38,924 nucleotides of DNA from Planctomycetota bacterium (GTDB lineage: Bacteria; Planctomycetota; SZUA-567; H5-PLA8): positions 1 to 38,924 of the forward strand of contig BTVV01000053.1 of assembly GCA_045863855.1 (NCBI GenBank), read 5' to 3'. The notes under the pieces are model-generated. The model saw only the letters and a program-made list of their open reading frames with translations, made no database searches and was not told where the DNA came from. The position numbers and the translations under genes were made by a program. This document shows, piece by piece, positions 1-8,932 of the stretch (position 1 is the stretch's first letter; every line of letters begins with the position of its first letter).

Positions 1-1181
1 CGAACTTTAAAGCGTTTTGCAATTGGACGCATGGCACCGTCGAGAGTATTCACATAGCTAGATGCAGTTAAAAATGGGATGCGAATTTTATGATACAATG
101 CAAGTAGTATTGTTTGAGCTATAAAATCGACACCGACCAATTTATTTCCATGTCCTTCCCATTTCGAAGTAAGCAATGGTAACCTACCGCTTCGTAACTT
201 GCCATGCTCCATATACCGAACCCGAATTGGGGCACATATGTTGAATCTTGCATAAGGTCCGATTTGGTCATCATGGACCAATAGACCCTGCATTCGCGTT
301 GCGCGATACAAGATATTGGATTTCGGAAAAGGAATGGGTCGTTTGCCAGTTAATGCGTAGCCAGATGCAAGGACGACATGAGGTTGATTGTCACTCTGAT
401 CGATCACGTGCAGCAGTGCAGGAGTGCCCCCGCGCAGGTAAGCGTAAAGCATGATGGAGAATATCCGCGGATCGGCGGATTTTTCAAAAGGCTCCAAGCC
501 CACTTCCTTTATGGCCTCAGCCATTTGTTCTTTTCGTAAGCCAGCATTTGGGAAAATGCGATCACCGAGGGGAAGACGAGCCGTTGCCTGGCGAGTTATC
601 TCGAGTGGCGAAGGAATGTTGTGCCCATAAATATTAGAAGTACGATGGAATAGCATCCACAGAGCGCTGGTTGCACAAGCTGCCGCCACATTGTCCTGCT
701 CTTGAAATGCAAGTGATTTGACGTTCAATTTAATCCCATACAGGCTTACAGCATACGACTGAACTGCGGGAGAATATCCCTCTTGACCGTCTGCAAAAAG
801 CGTTTTGAGGCATGTTTTCCCGATCTTTGTAATTGGCAATGGGCGAACAACGATGAACCCAAGATACGACAAAGTCAATGGGTCAGGCTTGGCTTCTCCT
901 AAAATGATCGATTCAAAATTACTTTGAACAAATCTTTCATTAAAAAAATGTAGCCGACTGCACTTACGATAGGGAGGAGAAAAGCACCGCGAGTAATAAT
1001 TTGCATAATCGTCAAGGAAATCCCGATCAATGTAATTGCATTCGACAACGATAGTCTTTGCGCCCAGGTCCGTAAGATACTTATAGAGGTAGTCAAGATG
1101 TCTGGCGGAATTTGGCTTTTCGTATGCCAAATTCGACTTCAATTCTTCAAATGTGAAGGGGGCAACTCTAGGATTTGACAC
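1..1181 (-). CDS. Papain-like (C39-like fold) cysteine peptidase-like hypothetical protein; 3'-truncated by the window edge, >393 aa
   Basis: Translated by hand from GTG at 1181 with no stop to the edge: MSNPRVAPFTFEELK...YIDRDFLDDYANYYSRCF...RLHFF...YLGFIVVRPLP...FQEQDNVAAACATSALW (Cys codon 675-677)...QPHVVLASGY (His 378-380)...LLVHDDQIGPY (Asp 270-272)...LYHKIRIPF. The order Q..C / H / D matches a papain-like triad. The start codon is inferred; the frame stays open a little further upstream. Confidence 0.75.
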   Translation of the reverse strand, partial: MSNPRVAPFTFEELKSNLAYEKPNSARHLDYLYKYLTDLGAKTIVVECNYIDRDFLDDYANYYSRCFSPPYRKCSRLHFFNERFVQSNFESIILGEAKPDPLTLSYLGFIVVRPLPITKIGKTCLKTLFADGQEGYSPAVQSYAVSLYGIKLNVKSLAFQEQDNVAAACATSALWMLFHRTSNIYGHNIPSPLEITRQATARLPLGDRIFPNAGLRKEQMAEAIKEVGLEPFEKSADPRIFSIMLYAYLRGGTPALLHVIDQSDNQPHVVLASGYALTGKRPIPFPKSNILYRATRMQGLLVHDDQIGPYARFNICAPIRVRYMEHGKLRSGRLPLLTSKWEGHGNKLVGVDFIAQTILLALYHKIRIPFLTASSYVNTLDGAMRPIAKRFKV

Positions 1182-1371
1182 GACTAGCCCTAGTTCGAGG
1201 GCCACGGGCAACAACAGGCGAACTCTGGGGCACAACACTGGCCATAAGAAAATCTTCCGAGATCTTTCGCGCCTTTTCAACCGAGTGCTTTATCGCTCGG
1301 CTTCCAGCGGCAGAATCGATCCAACGACGAACTTCCTTCGCAGACACACGTCGCTCCCGCGCGTTGCGCAC
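1168..1371 (-). CDS. Small basic hypothetical protein (67 aa), overlapping the peptidase start
   Basis: GGAGG Shine-Dalgarno before the GTG start, a sigma70-like promoter directly upstream, and a stop overlapping the next gene by 14 nt. Confidence 0.6.
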   Translation of the reverse strand: MRNARERRVSAKEVRRWIDSAAGSRAIKHSVEKARKISEDFLMASVVPQSSPVVARGPRTRASRVKS

Positions 1372-1406
1372 CAGTACCCCTCCGCTCTATGAAAAATCGT
1401 CCGAGC

Positions 1407-1435
1407 AGTTTAGCGATCTTTAACTTGGAGCGCAA
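1407..1435 (-). promoter_or_regulatory. Sigma70-type promoter for the small ORF + peptidase unit
   Basis: Minus strand TTGCGC-N17-TAAACT, about 35 nt before the start codon. Confidence 0.6.
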
Positions 1436-1685
1436 GATCATGCTTGTACGTTAACATTCGCGGGGAACGGCGGATTACAAATGGCAAGGTAGACGGCGTT
1501 ACAACCTTGCGTGACAGGCCATTAACGCAGGTTTTGGGATCCTTCGAGGCGAACATGCGGTACTATACCACACTACATTTATTTAGGCATGTATTTGGGT
1601 ATCTTTTCCAAATGATCTCTGACTCTAGAGAGCCCTGGAAGATTAAAAGTCCACAACGAATCGAGGGTACTCCGGGTGTTGTCTA

Positions 1686-1717
1686 GTTATACAAAAACGT
1701 TATACGAAAGGTTATAC
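1686..1717. repeat. Three tandem GTTATAC direct repeats; putative tyrosine-integrase arm-type sites
   Basis: GTTATAC at 1686-1692, 1699-1705 and 1711-1717, about 30-60 bp from the att core. Confidence 0.65.
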
Positions 1718-1748
1718 ATAGAGCTATTTGCTATAGGGGCGCTGTGTA

Positions 1749-1805
1749 TTCAAAATCCACCGAGGTTCACCCCTCATGAGGGTTCAATTCCCTCCTCCGG
1801 CACCA
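1749..1805 (+). pseudogene. 3' fragment of tRNA-Leu(CAA); attR-type site
   Basis: TTCAAAA loop (anticodon CAA at 1751-1753), TCCAC 3' stem, long variable arm GAGG..CCTC, T-arm GAGGG-TTCAATT-CCCTC, acceptor strand CTCCGGC-A-CCA. No complementary 5' acceptor strand or D-arm upstream. Confidence 0.88.
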
Positions 1806-1885
1806 TCTTTGGCTTAATTTTTAAGGTTCCAAGTCCCAACCCGGCAAGCGATTGCAGGTATTCCGGCATACCGGTACCAACGAGT

Positions 1886-1915
1886 TTGACATGCTGCACG
1901 GTGCATTAGTAGACT
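1886..1915 (+). promoter_or_regulatory. Sigma70-type promoter of the nuo operon
   Basis: TTGACA-N18-TAGACT about 55 nt upstream of nuoA; the spacer contains a TGCAC-G-GTGCA dyad. Confidence 0.6.
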
Positions 1916-1970
1916 GATGCAGACCGTTTTCAACTCAGGCCTTACCTTTTAGGGGAGCGACCGAGCGCGC

Positions 1971-2408
1971 ATGGCGAACTCCGGGCTCGAAGTCCTAGGC
2001 GCAACGATCTTCGTACTGCTGTGCGTAGGGATGGGCTTGACCATTCTTGCGCTAGTGCGGCTGATGACCAAGGTCGTACTCAAGACCGAGAAGCATAAGG
2101 AAGGCAAGGACGCGCCCTACGAGTGCGGCGTGCCGCTGTTGGGCGATGCGCGGACGCGCTTTGGGGTGCGCTTTTATCTGGTGGCGCTGTCCTTCGTGCT
2201 TTTCGATGTGGAAACCGTCTTTCTGATTCCATACGCGGTGACGTTTAAGCAACTGGGCCGTGAAGGGTTGTACGCGGTGCTGATCTTCGTCGCGATCCTG
2301 GCGCTGGGGCTTTTTTACGAACTCGAGCGCGGGCTGCTGACGTGGAGCGATTCGGAATCCGAGGACGCGCCTTCGGATGCGCGGCCCGCGGCCGGGCACG
2401 GTCACTAG
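1971..2408 (+). CDS. nuoA: NADH-quinone oxidoreductase subunit A
   Basis: KDAPYECG, FYLVALSFVLFDVETVFLIP; three hydrophobic segments; first gene of the operon. Confidence 0.95.
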   Translation: MANSGLEVLGATIFVLLCVGMGLTILALVRLMTKVVLKTEKHKEGKDAPYECGVPLLGDARTRFGVRFYLVALSFVLFDVETVFLIPYAVTFKQLGREGLYAVLIFVAILALGLFYELERGLLTWSDSESEDAPSDARPAAGHGH

Positions 2409-2426
2409 CGTCGAAAGGGATTGCCG

Positions 2427-3122
2427 ATGAATGCTTCCGCATCCTCTGCGCCCACCGGCGGACTGAAGACCGGCGATGGCGGATTTCTGACGACTACTCT
2501 GTTGGCGTTGCGCGACTGGGGCCGCCGGAACAGCCTCTGGCCGATGCCGTTCGGCACCGCATGCTGCGCGATCGAGATGATGGCGACGCTCTCCAGCCGC
2601 TACGACTTAGCGCGCTTTGGCGCCGAAGTGATCCGCTTTTCGCCGCGGCAGAGCGACCTGATGATCGTGAGCGGGCGCATCAGCATCAAGATGATGCCGG
2701 TGCTGATCGACATCTACAATCAGATGCCCGAGCCGAAGTGGTGCATCAGCATGGGCGCGTGCGCCTCGTCGGGCGGGGTCTTCGATACGTACACGCTGGT
2801 GCAGGGCGTCGACCAGTTCATTCCGGTGGACGTGTACATCCCGGGTTGCCCGCCGCGGCCGGAGAGCCTGATCGACGCGGTGATGCTGATTCAGGACAAG
2901 GTGAAGCGCGGCGAACGCCAGACCAAGCTATACGACCGGACCAAGCATCCGCTGGATTTCGAACCGGTGGCTCTGGTTTCGGACGTGGTGCAGGCGCCGC
3001 CGGCGCTGACAGGGAGCCACCACACGCTGCCGCGTAAGGACGCCGATACGGCTCGCGATCGGGACTGGAATACGGCGGCGTCGATCGCCACGCAAACGAA
3101 CAAGGCGCTGCCATCCGCGTAA
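2427..3122 (+). CDS. nuoB: NADH-quinone oxidoreductase subunit B
   Basis: [42 protein letters not shown] 2427 follows GAAAGGGA; the track start is 2421. Confidence 0.96.
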   Translation: MNASASSAPTGGLKTGDGGFLTTTLLALRDWGRRNSLWPMPFGTACCAIEMMATLSSRYDLARFGAEVIRFSPRQSDLMIVSGRISIKMMPVLIDIYNQMPEPKWCISMGACASSGGVFDTYTLVQGVDQFIPVDVYIPGCPPRPESLIDAVMLIQDKVKRGERQTKLYDRTKHPLDFEPVALVSDVVQAPPALTGSHHTLPRKDADTARDRDWNTAASIATQTNKALPSA

Positions 3123-3153
3123 CGGATCGGGATTCGCAACGGGGCGAGGGGCC

Positions 3154-3732
3154 ATGGCGATCGATTTCGAGAAACTTCAGCAGGCGGTGCGCGAACGATT
3201 CGAGCCGGTGGTGCTCGACTGGACCGTCTTTCGCGACCAGCCGTGCCTGCACCTCAGCCGCGACCGGGTCGCCGACGTGATGCGCTTTTTGCGCGACGAG
3301 GCGGCCTTCAAGTTCGAGATGCTCACCGATGTGACGGCATTGGACCACCTGAGGCTTCCGCCCGAGATGGAAAGCTGGGCGCGCGAACGCTTCGCGGTCG
3401 TGTATCACCTGTACAGCCTGGTGCATAACGCGCGGCTGCAGTTGAAGGCCCGGGCCGCCTCGCAGCCGACCGCGCGGCTGCGGGTGAAGGCGTACGTTCC
3501 GGAAGAGCCTTGCGAGATCGAGAGCTTGACCGGACTTTGGCTGGCCGCGAACTGGGCCGAACGCGAAGTCTACGACATGTACGGGATCGTGTTCCTGGGC
3601 CACCCCGACCTGCGCCGGATCTTGACGCCCGATCATTACGAAGGGCATCCGCTGCGCAAGGATTACCCGTTGAAGGGCCGCGGCGAACGCGACAACTTTC
3701 CCAAGTACACGGAGATTCCCGAGCACGCGTGA
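3154..3732 (+). CDS. nuoC: NADH-quinone oxidoreductase subunit C
   Basis: ANWAEREVYDMYGIVFLGHPDLRRIL...GHPLRKDYPL. Confidence 0.96.
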   Translation: MAIDFEKLQQAVRERFEPVVLDWTVFRDQPCLHLSRDRVADVMRFLRDEAAFKFEMLTDVTALDHLRLPPEMESWARERFAVVYHLYSLVHNARLQLKARAASQPTARLRVKAYVPEEPCEIESLTGLWLAANWAEREVYDMYGIVFLGHPDLRRILTPDHYEGHPLRKDYPLKGRGERDNFPKYTEIPEHA

Positions 3733-5003
3733 GCGAAGTGCCGCGCGCCGAACCGAGAATCAGGATGCCCGCCGCCATGGCCAACCCCGTCGAAGACATC
3801 CGGCAGATCGCCCCGAAAGCCACCTCGCTGGCCACGCAGAGCCTCGCGCTGAATCTAGGCCCGCAGCATCCGGCCACGCACGGGACGCTGCGTTTTAAGA
3901 TGGAGCTGGACGGCGAGACGATCCGGAACTGCGTGCCGGAGATCGGCTTCCTGCACACTGGATTCGAGAAGCTGGGGGAGTACCGCAACTACAACCAGTT
4001 TGTCGTGATCACCGACCGCGCGAACTACCTTTCGCCTCTGAACAATAACATCGGATTCGCGATCGCCTGCGAGGAACTGTTCGGGGTGAGGGTGCCGCCG
4101 CGCGGGCAGTACGTGCGGGTGGTGCTGGCGGAGCTTTCGCGGATCGCCGATCACGTCGTGAGCGTCGGGTTGCAGGCGATGGATTTGGGCGCGTTCAGCG
4201 TGATGCTGTGGGCGTTCATCGAGCGCGAGAAGATGTACGACGTCTTCGAGGCCACGACCGGTGCGCGCCTGACCACGAGCTGGACGCGCGTGGGGGGCAT
4301 TTTCCGCGACGTGCCGGCCGATTTCGCCGACCTGGTGCGCGGCGTCACGTCCAAGCTGCCGCCGGTGATCGAAGAGATCGAGTTCATGCTTTCCAAGAAC
4401 AAGATCTTCAAGGACCGCACCGTGGGCGTCGGGGCGCTGACTCGGGAACAGGCGGTTTCGTACGGGATGACCGGCCCCTGCATGCGCGCCTGCGGCGTGG
4501 CGTACGACGTCCGAAAGGCCCGCCCGTACTTGTGCTACCCGGAGCTTAATTTCGAAATTCCGGTGCGCACCGAGGGCGACGTTTTCGCGCGCTACCTCGT
4601 GCGGCTGGAAGAAATGCGGCAGAGTTTGAGCATCATCGAGCAGGCGTTGCAAAAGATGCCCGAGGGACCGGTTTGCAGTGTGGACCACAAGGTCGCGCTG
4701 CCGCCCAAGGATCTCGTGTATCAGGACATGGAATCCCTGATTCACCACTTCAAGATCGTGATGCCGGGGCACGGGATCACGCCGCCGCGCGGCGAAGTGT
4801 ACAGTTGCACCGAATCGCCGAACGGCGAGTTGGGCTTTTACCTGGTCAGCGACGGAACGGGGTTGCCGTACCGCGTGCGCATTCGCCCGCCGAGCTTCTA
4901 CAACCATCAGGCCTTCCCCGCGCAGGTCGAAGGACGGATGTTGAGCGATGCCGTGGCGATTTTGTCGAGCATGAACGTGATCGCGGGCGAGCTGGATCGC
5001 TGA
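3729..5003 (+). CDS. nuoD: NADH-quinone oxidoreductase subunit D
   Basis: NLGPQHPATHGTLR, GFLHTGFEK, ESPNGELG, C-terminal GELDR. Start uncertain: GTG 3729 overlapping the nuoC stop, or ATG 3765/3777. Confidence 0.95.
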   Translation: MSEVPRAEPRIRMPAAMANPVEDIRQIAPKATSLATQSLALNLGPQHPATHGTLRFKMELDGETIRNCVPEIGFLHTGFEKLGEYRNYNQFVVITDRANYLSPLNNNIGFAIACEELFGVRVPPRGQYVRVVLAELSRIADHVVSVGLQAMDLGAFSVMLWAFIEREKMYDVFEATTGARLTTSWTRVGGIFRDVPADFADLVRGVTSKLPPVIEEIEFMLSKNKIFKDRTVGVGALTREQAVSYGMTGPCMRACGVAYDVRKARPYLCYPELNFEIPVRTEGDVFARYLVRLEEMRQSLSIIEQALQKMPEGPVCSVDHKVALPPKDLVYQDMESLIHHFKIVMPGHGITPPRGEVYSCTESPNGELGFYLVSDGTGLPYRVRIRPPSFYNHQAFPAQVEGRMLSDAVAILSSMNVIAGELDR

Positions 5004-5031
5004 GCGCCTTAACGGAAAGCGAGAGCCTGGG

Positions 5032-5601
5032 ATGGCTTTTCAGTTCAACGACGAGTACCGCAAGCAGTTCGACTGGCTGGTGACGCGGTATCCGACCAAG
5101 CAGGCGGTGCTGCTGCCCGCGCTGCGGCTGGTGGAAGCGCAGTTAGGCCACGTCAGCCAGGAGTCGATGGAGTACGTGGCTCAGCAGCTCGATCTGGCGC
5201 CCGCCTTCGTCAACGGCGTCTTCACCTTCTATTCGCATTACCGGCGCGAAGGGGAGGGGAAGTACATCGTGCAGGTCTGCCAGACGCTGCCGTGCGCACT
5301 GCGCGGCGCGTGCGCGATCGGAGATGCGTTCGGCGAACATTTGAAGTTGGGCATGGGCGAGACGGACAAGGACAAGAAGTTCACGCTGAAGAAGGTGGAG
5401 TGCCTGGGATCGTGCGCCAGCGCACCGGTGGTGCAGATTAACGAAGATTACTTCGAAAACCTCACGCCTGAGAAGGTTCGCGACATCGTGCTGGCGCTCC
5501 AGAACGACCAGAAACCGCCGCACCTTTCGAACGGGCCGAGCTTGGAAGGCGGCCAGCGGCATTGGACGCCGATCGTGGAAGCGTACCCCGAAGGGAAGTA
5601 G
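5032..5601 (+). CDS. nuoE: NADH-quinone oxidoreductase subunit E
   Basis: [2Fe-2S] ligands CQTLPC...CLGSC. Confidence 0.95.
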   Translation: MAFQFNDEYRKQFDWLVTRYPTKQAVLLPALRLVEAQLGHVSQESMEYVAQQLDLAPAFVNGVFTFYSHYRREGEGKYIVQVCQTLPCALRGACAIGDAFGEHLKLGMGETDKDKKFTLKKVECLGSCASAPVVQINEDYFENLTPEKVRDIVLALQNDQKPPHLSNGPSLEGGQRHWTPIVEAYPEGK

Positions 5602-5659
5602 GCCGTTCGGCGCTTGGGCCGGACCGTGTTGAAACCGCGCAGGCAATCGAGGCTCGCAG

Positions 5660-7012
5660 ATGCTGGTAAAAGATTTCAAGCCCATCCTGCTCGACGGCGC
5701 CTACAAGAAGGGTGAGTGGGCGATCGAGCAGTACGAAAAGAAGGGCGGCTACCAAGCCGCACGGAAGGTGCTTTCGATGCCGCGCGATCCGGCGACGAAC
5801 AACGTCCCGCCGTTGATCGAAGAGGTCAAGAAGAGCGGGCTGCGCGGGCGCGGCGGCGCGGGCTTTCCCACCGGCATGAAGTGGTCGTTCGTGGACTACA
5901 AGTCCAAGAAGTCGCGCTACCTCGCGGTGAACTGCGACGAATCCGAACCAGGAACGTGCAAGGACCGCGTGGTGGTGACGTACAACCCGCACATGCTGCT
6001 GGAAGGCATCATGATCGCGTGCCACGCGTGCGGCGTCGAGAATGCCTACGTCTACATTCGCGGCGAGTACGTGGTGGAATTCGAACATCTCGTTGGGGCG
6101 ATCGCCGAAGCCTATAAGGCCGGGTATCTGGGCAAAAACGCGATGGGCAGCGGGATCACGATTCACATCACGCCGCACCGCGGAGCCGGCGCATACATCT
6201 GCGGCGAAGAGACGGGCCTGCTCAGTTCGCTGGAAGGCGACCGCGGCTATCCGAAGGTCAAGCCGCCGTTTCCGGCTGTCGAAGGCGCGTGGCGCTGCCC
6301 CACGGTCGTGAATAACGTCCAGACGCTTTCCCTGCTTCCCAGCGTGATCACGATGGGCGCGGAGGCGTGGAGCAAGATCGGCCCCGAGCGCAACAGCGGG
6401 CCGATGGTGTACTGCCTCTCGGGGCACGTGAAAAAGCCGGGCCTGTACGAGACGCCGATGCATGTGACGCTTAAGGAGATCGTCGAGGAGTTCGGCGGCG
6501 GCATCCTGGATGACTTGAAGCCGAAGGCCATCATTCCCGGCGGAAGTTCGATGCCGGTGCTGCGCGTGGACGGCAAATCGTACAAGGCTTCGAACGGCAA
6601 AGATTTGACCGACGACTACGGCATCCGCATGGATTACGACACGCTGAAGAACGCCAACACGCTGTTGGGCTCGGCGGCGGTGATCGTGATGCACGAACGG
6701 ACTTGCATGGTTAGCGCCTTGTACAACTTGGTGCGCTTCTACCATCACGAGAGTTGCGGGCAGTGCACGCCATGCCGGGAAGGATCGGGCTGGCTGGAGA
6801 AACTGATTGCTCGCATCTACCGCGGCAAGGGCAAGCCCGAAGATTTGCAGACGCTTTTGAGCGTGGCCGGTCAGATGAGCGGCACGACGATCTGCCTGCT
6901 CGCGGATTCGGTGGCGATGCCGGTGGGCGCGTTTGTAATCAAGTTCCGTGAAGAGTTCGAGTACTACTGCCAGCACGGCAAGTCGATGGTGGAGAATCCG
7001 ATCCCGCTGTAA
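5660..7012 (+). CDS. nuoF: NADH-quinone oxidoreductase subunit F
   Basis: GLRGRGGAGFPTGMKW, DESEPGT, GAGAYICGEETGL, ESCGQCTPCREG. Confidence 0.97.
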   Translation: MLVKDFKPILLDGAYKKGEWAIEQYEKKGGYQAARKVLSMPRDPATNNVPPLIEEVKKSGLRGRGGAGFPTGMKWSFVDYKSKKSRYLAVNCDESEPGTCKDRVVVTYNPHMLLEGIMIACHACGVENAYVYIRGEYVVEFEHLVGAIAEAYKAGYLGKNAMGSGITIHITPHRGAGAYICGEETGLLSSLEGDRGYPKVKPPFPAVEGAWRCPTVVNNVQTLSLLPSVITMGAEAWSKIGPERNSGPMVYCLSGHVKKPGLYETPMHVTLKEIVEEFGGGILDDLKPKAIIPGGSSMPVLRVDGKSYKASNGKDLTDDYGIRMDYDTLKNANTLLGSAAVIVMHERTCMVSALYNLVRFYHHESCGQCTPCREGSGWLEKLIARIYRGKGKPEDLQTLLSVAGQMSGTTICLLADSVAMPVGAFVIKFREEFEYYCQHGKSMVENPIPL

Positions 7013-7092
7013 CGCGGCGGGCGGACCGAACCCCAAAGCCGGACCCGCAGGCCCCGATGGCGCCTGCGGCGCACCCAGGACGGTGGATGACG

Positions 7093-8895
7093 ATGAGCGA
7101 CGAGAAGAAGCCGGCCGAGACGAAGCCCGAAGCGAAGCCCGCGGCCCCGCCCGCGGCTCCGGCTGGAGCGCCGCCCCGGCCCGAGCCGGCGATCAAGCTG
7201 CCCAAAGCGCCCGACGGTATGATGACGCTGCGCGTGGACGGCAAGGACCACTTTATCGACCCCAAAAAGTACCGCGTGCTGATCGAGGCGCTCCACGATC
7301 TGGGCTACAACAATGTGCCTAATTTTTGCTACCACCCGGGTCTGGAGCCCGACGGTAACTGCCGCATCTGCTACGTGAACATGGTCGACCCGATGAGCGG
7401 CAAACCGATGGCCGGGCCGAATCTTTCGACTCAGCCGTGGTCGATGTACCCCAAGCCGACGATCTCCTGTCGCCAGCCGCTGGACCCGCGCGGAATGATC
7501 GTCGAGACGGACACGCAGCCGGTGAAGGACGCGCGCAAGTGGGTGATGGAGTTTTTGCTCATCAACCACCCGCTGGATTGCTTCGTCTGCGACAAAGCCG
7601 GCGAATGTATGCTGCAGAACCACTCGTTCAATCATGGCCAGGCCGACAGCCGCTTTCACGAGCATAAAAACGAGAAGGCGCCCAAGGAATTGGGGCCCTC
7701 GATCAAATTGTGGACCGACCGTTGCATCGTTTGCACGCGCTGCACGCGCTTCCTCGACGACGTGGCCGGGACGAGCGAGCTTTACGTCACGCAGCGCGGC
7801 GACCGCAGCGAGATCGACATCATGCCGGGGCATCCGGTCGACAACGAGATGATGGGCAACATTGTCGATATCTGCCCGGTGGGCTGTTTGATCGACAAGG
7901 ATCTGATGTTCACCTACCGTGCCTGGTATCTGCAGGCGACGGACTCGATCTGCCCGGGCTGCAGCAAGGGCTGCAACATCAAGGTGAACACGCAGAAGAA
8001 CTACGTTCGGCGGCTGGTCCCGCGCGAGAACCGCGACGTCAATCTGTTTTGGATGTGCGACCGCGGACGCAAGGATTTCGAGTACATCGGCGAGAAGGAC
8101 CGCGTTCTGCAAGGGCGACTGAACGGGCAGGATGTGGCGGTACTCGCCGCGTGCGAAGCGGCCGGCAAGGTGCTTTCGGAAGCAGCCAGTGCCGATCCGG
8201 ACTCGGTGGCGGGTCTGTGCAGCGTGTGGCTGACCGTTGAAGAAATGCACCTCTTCAAGACCCTATTCGTGGATGTGCTCAAGAGCCTCCAGGTCGGGCT
8301 GCTCGCACAGGCCGATTGGGAAGCGAAAGCATTCCCCAAGTTCAAGATCGAGGCCGACCGCAATCCCAACGCCGCGGGCGCGCGCGCGGTCTTCGGGCCA
8401 GAAGCGGAAGAGAATACGGTCAAGGTGCTGGAAGCCGCTCGGGCGGGGAAGATCAAGGTGCTGTACCTCGCGTCGTCGATGCCGCACTTTGCGCCGCCCG
8501 CGATGCTGCTGGAAGTGCTTGAGAAGGTCGAGACCGTGATCGTGCAGGATCTGCGGCACGGTACGCTGTCCGGGAAGGCGAAGATTCTACTGCCGGGGTC
8601 GAGCTTTGCGGAGAAGGACGGGGTCTTCGTAAACAGCCAGAATCGCGCGCAGGTATTGCGCCGGGCGATCGATCCGCTGGGCCAAGGCAACGACGACTTG
8701 GCGGTGATTCAGCGCGTCGCGAAGGCCGCGGGCGCGCCCGAGGAATTGGGCCGGCTGCGCTCGGCTCGTGTGGTATTCCAGCGCATGGCCGAGCAGTATG
8801 CGCAGTTCGCGGAGCTTTCGCACCAGACGCTGGGGCGGCAGGGCAAGATCCTTGAAGTGGGCCAGCCAGCTCCGACTTCGGGCGGCGGAGCTTGA
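7093..8895 (+). CDS. nuoG: NADH-quinone oxidoreductase subunit G (short form with N7-type cluster motif)
   Basis: FCYHPGL..GNCRIC, HPLDCFVCDKAGEC, CIVCTRC..DICPVG, CPGCSKGC..MCDRGR. Start uncertain (7057/7087/7093). Confidence 0.92.
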   Translation: MSDEKKPAETKPEAKPAAPPAAPAGAPPRPEPAIKLPKAPDGMMTLRVDGKDHFIDPKKYRVLIEALHDLGYNNVPNFCYHPGLEPDGNCRICYVNMVDPMSGKPMAGPNLSTQPWSMYPKPTISCRQPLDPRGMIVETDTQPVKDARKWVMEFLLINHPLDCFVCDKAGECMLQNHSFNHGQADSRFHEHKNEKAPKELGPSIKLWTDRCIVCTRCTRFLDDVAGTSELYVTQRGDRSEIDIMPGHPVDNEMMGNIVDICPVGCLIDKDLMFTYRAWYLQATDSICPGCSKGCNIKVNTQKNYVRRLVPRENRDVNLFWMCDRGRKDFEYIGEKDRVLQGRLNGQDVAVLAACEAAGKVLSEAASADPDSVAGLCSVWLTVEEMHLFKTLFVDVLKSLQVGLLAQADWEAKAFPKFKIEADRNPNAAGARAVFGPEAEENTVKVLEAARAGKIKVLYLASSMPHFAPPAMLLEVLEKVETVIVQDLRHGTLSGKAKILLPGSSFAEKDGVFVNSQNRAQVLRRAIDPLGQGNDDLAVIQRVAKAAGAPEELGRLRSARVVFQRMAEQYAQFAELSHQTLGRQGKILEVGQPAPTSGGGA

Positions 8896-8932
8896 GCCGT
8901 AGGACGTGCGCGGCATGACAGGAGTAAAGGGG

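Larger units (their letters stand above)
1..1805. mobile_element. Right end of a tRNA-Leu-integrated genomic island/prophage-like element; continues beyond the window's left edge
   Basis: Visibly AT-richer than the backbone. Ends exactly at a displaced tRNA 3' half. Tandem heptamer repeats lie next to the core. No integrase gene is in the window. Confidence 0.8.

Noticed and set aside
248..1096. Track ORFs 248..454 (+) and 899..1096 (-)
   Set aside because: They lie within the long peptidase frame, have no motifs, and are shadow ORFs.
1716..1805. Intact tRNA-Leu gene
   Set aside because: No 5' acceptor strand complementary to CTCCGGC and no D-arm; only the 3' half is present.
1444..1909. 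Track ORFs 1444..1686 and 1676..1909
   Set aside because: TTG-type starts without a clear RBS and no motifs; the second runs through the att repeats and the tRNA fragment.
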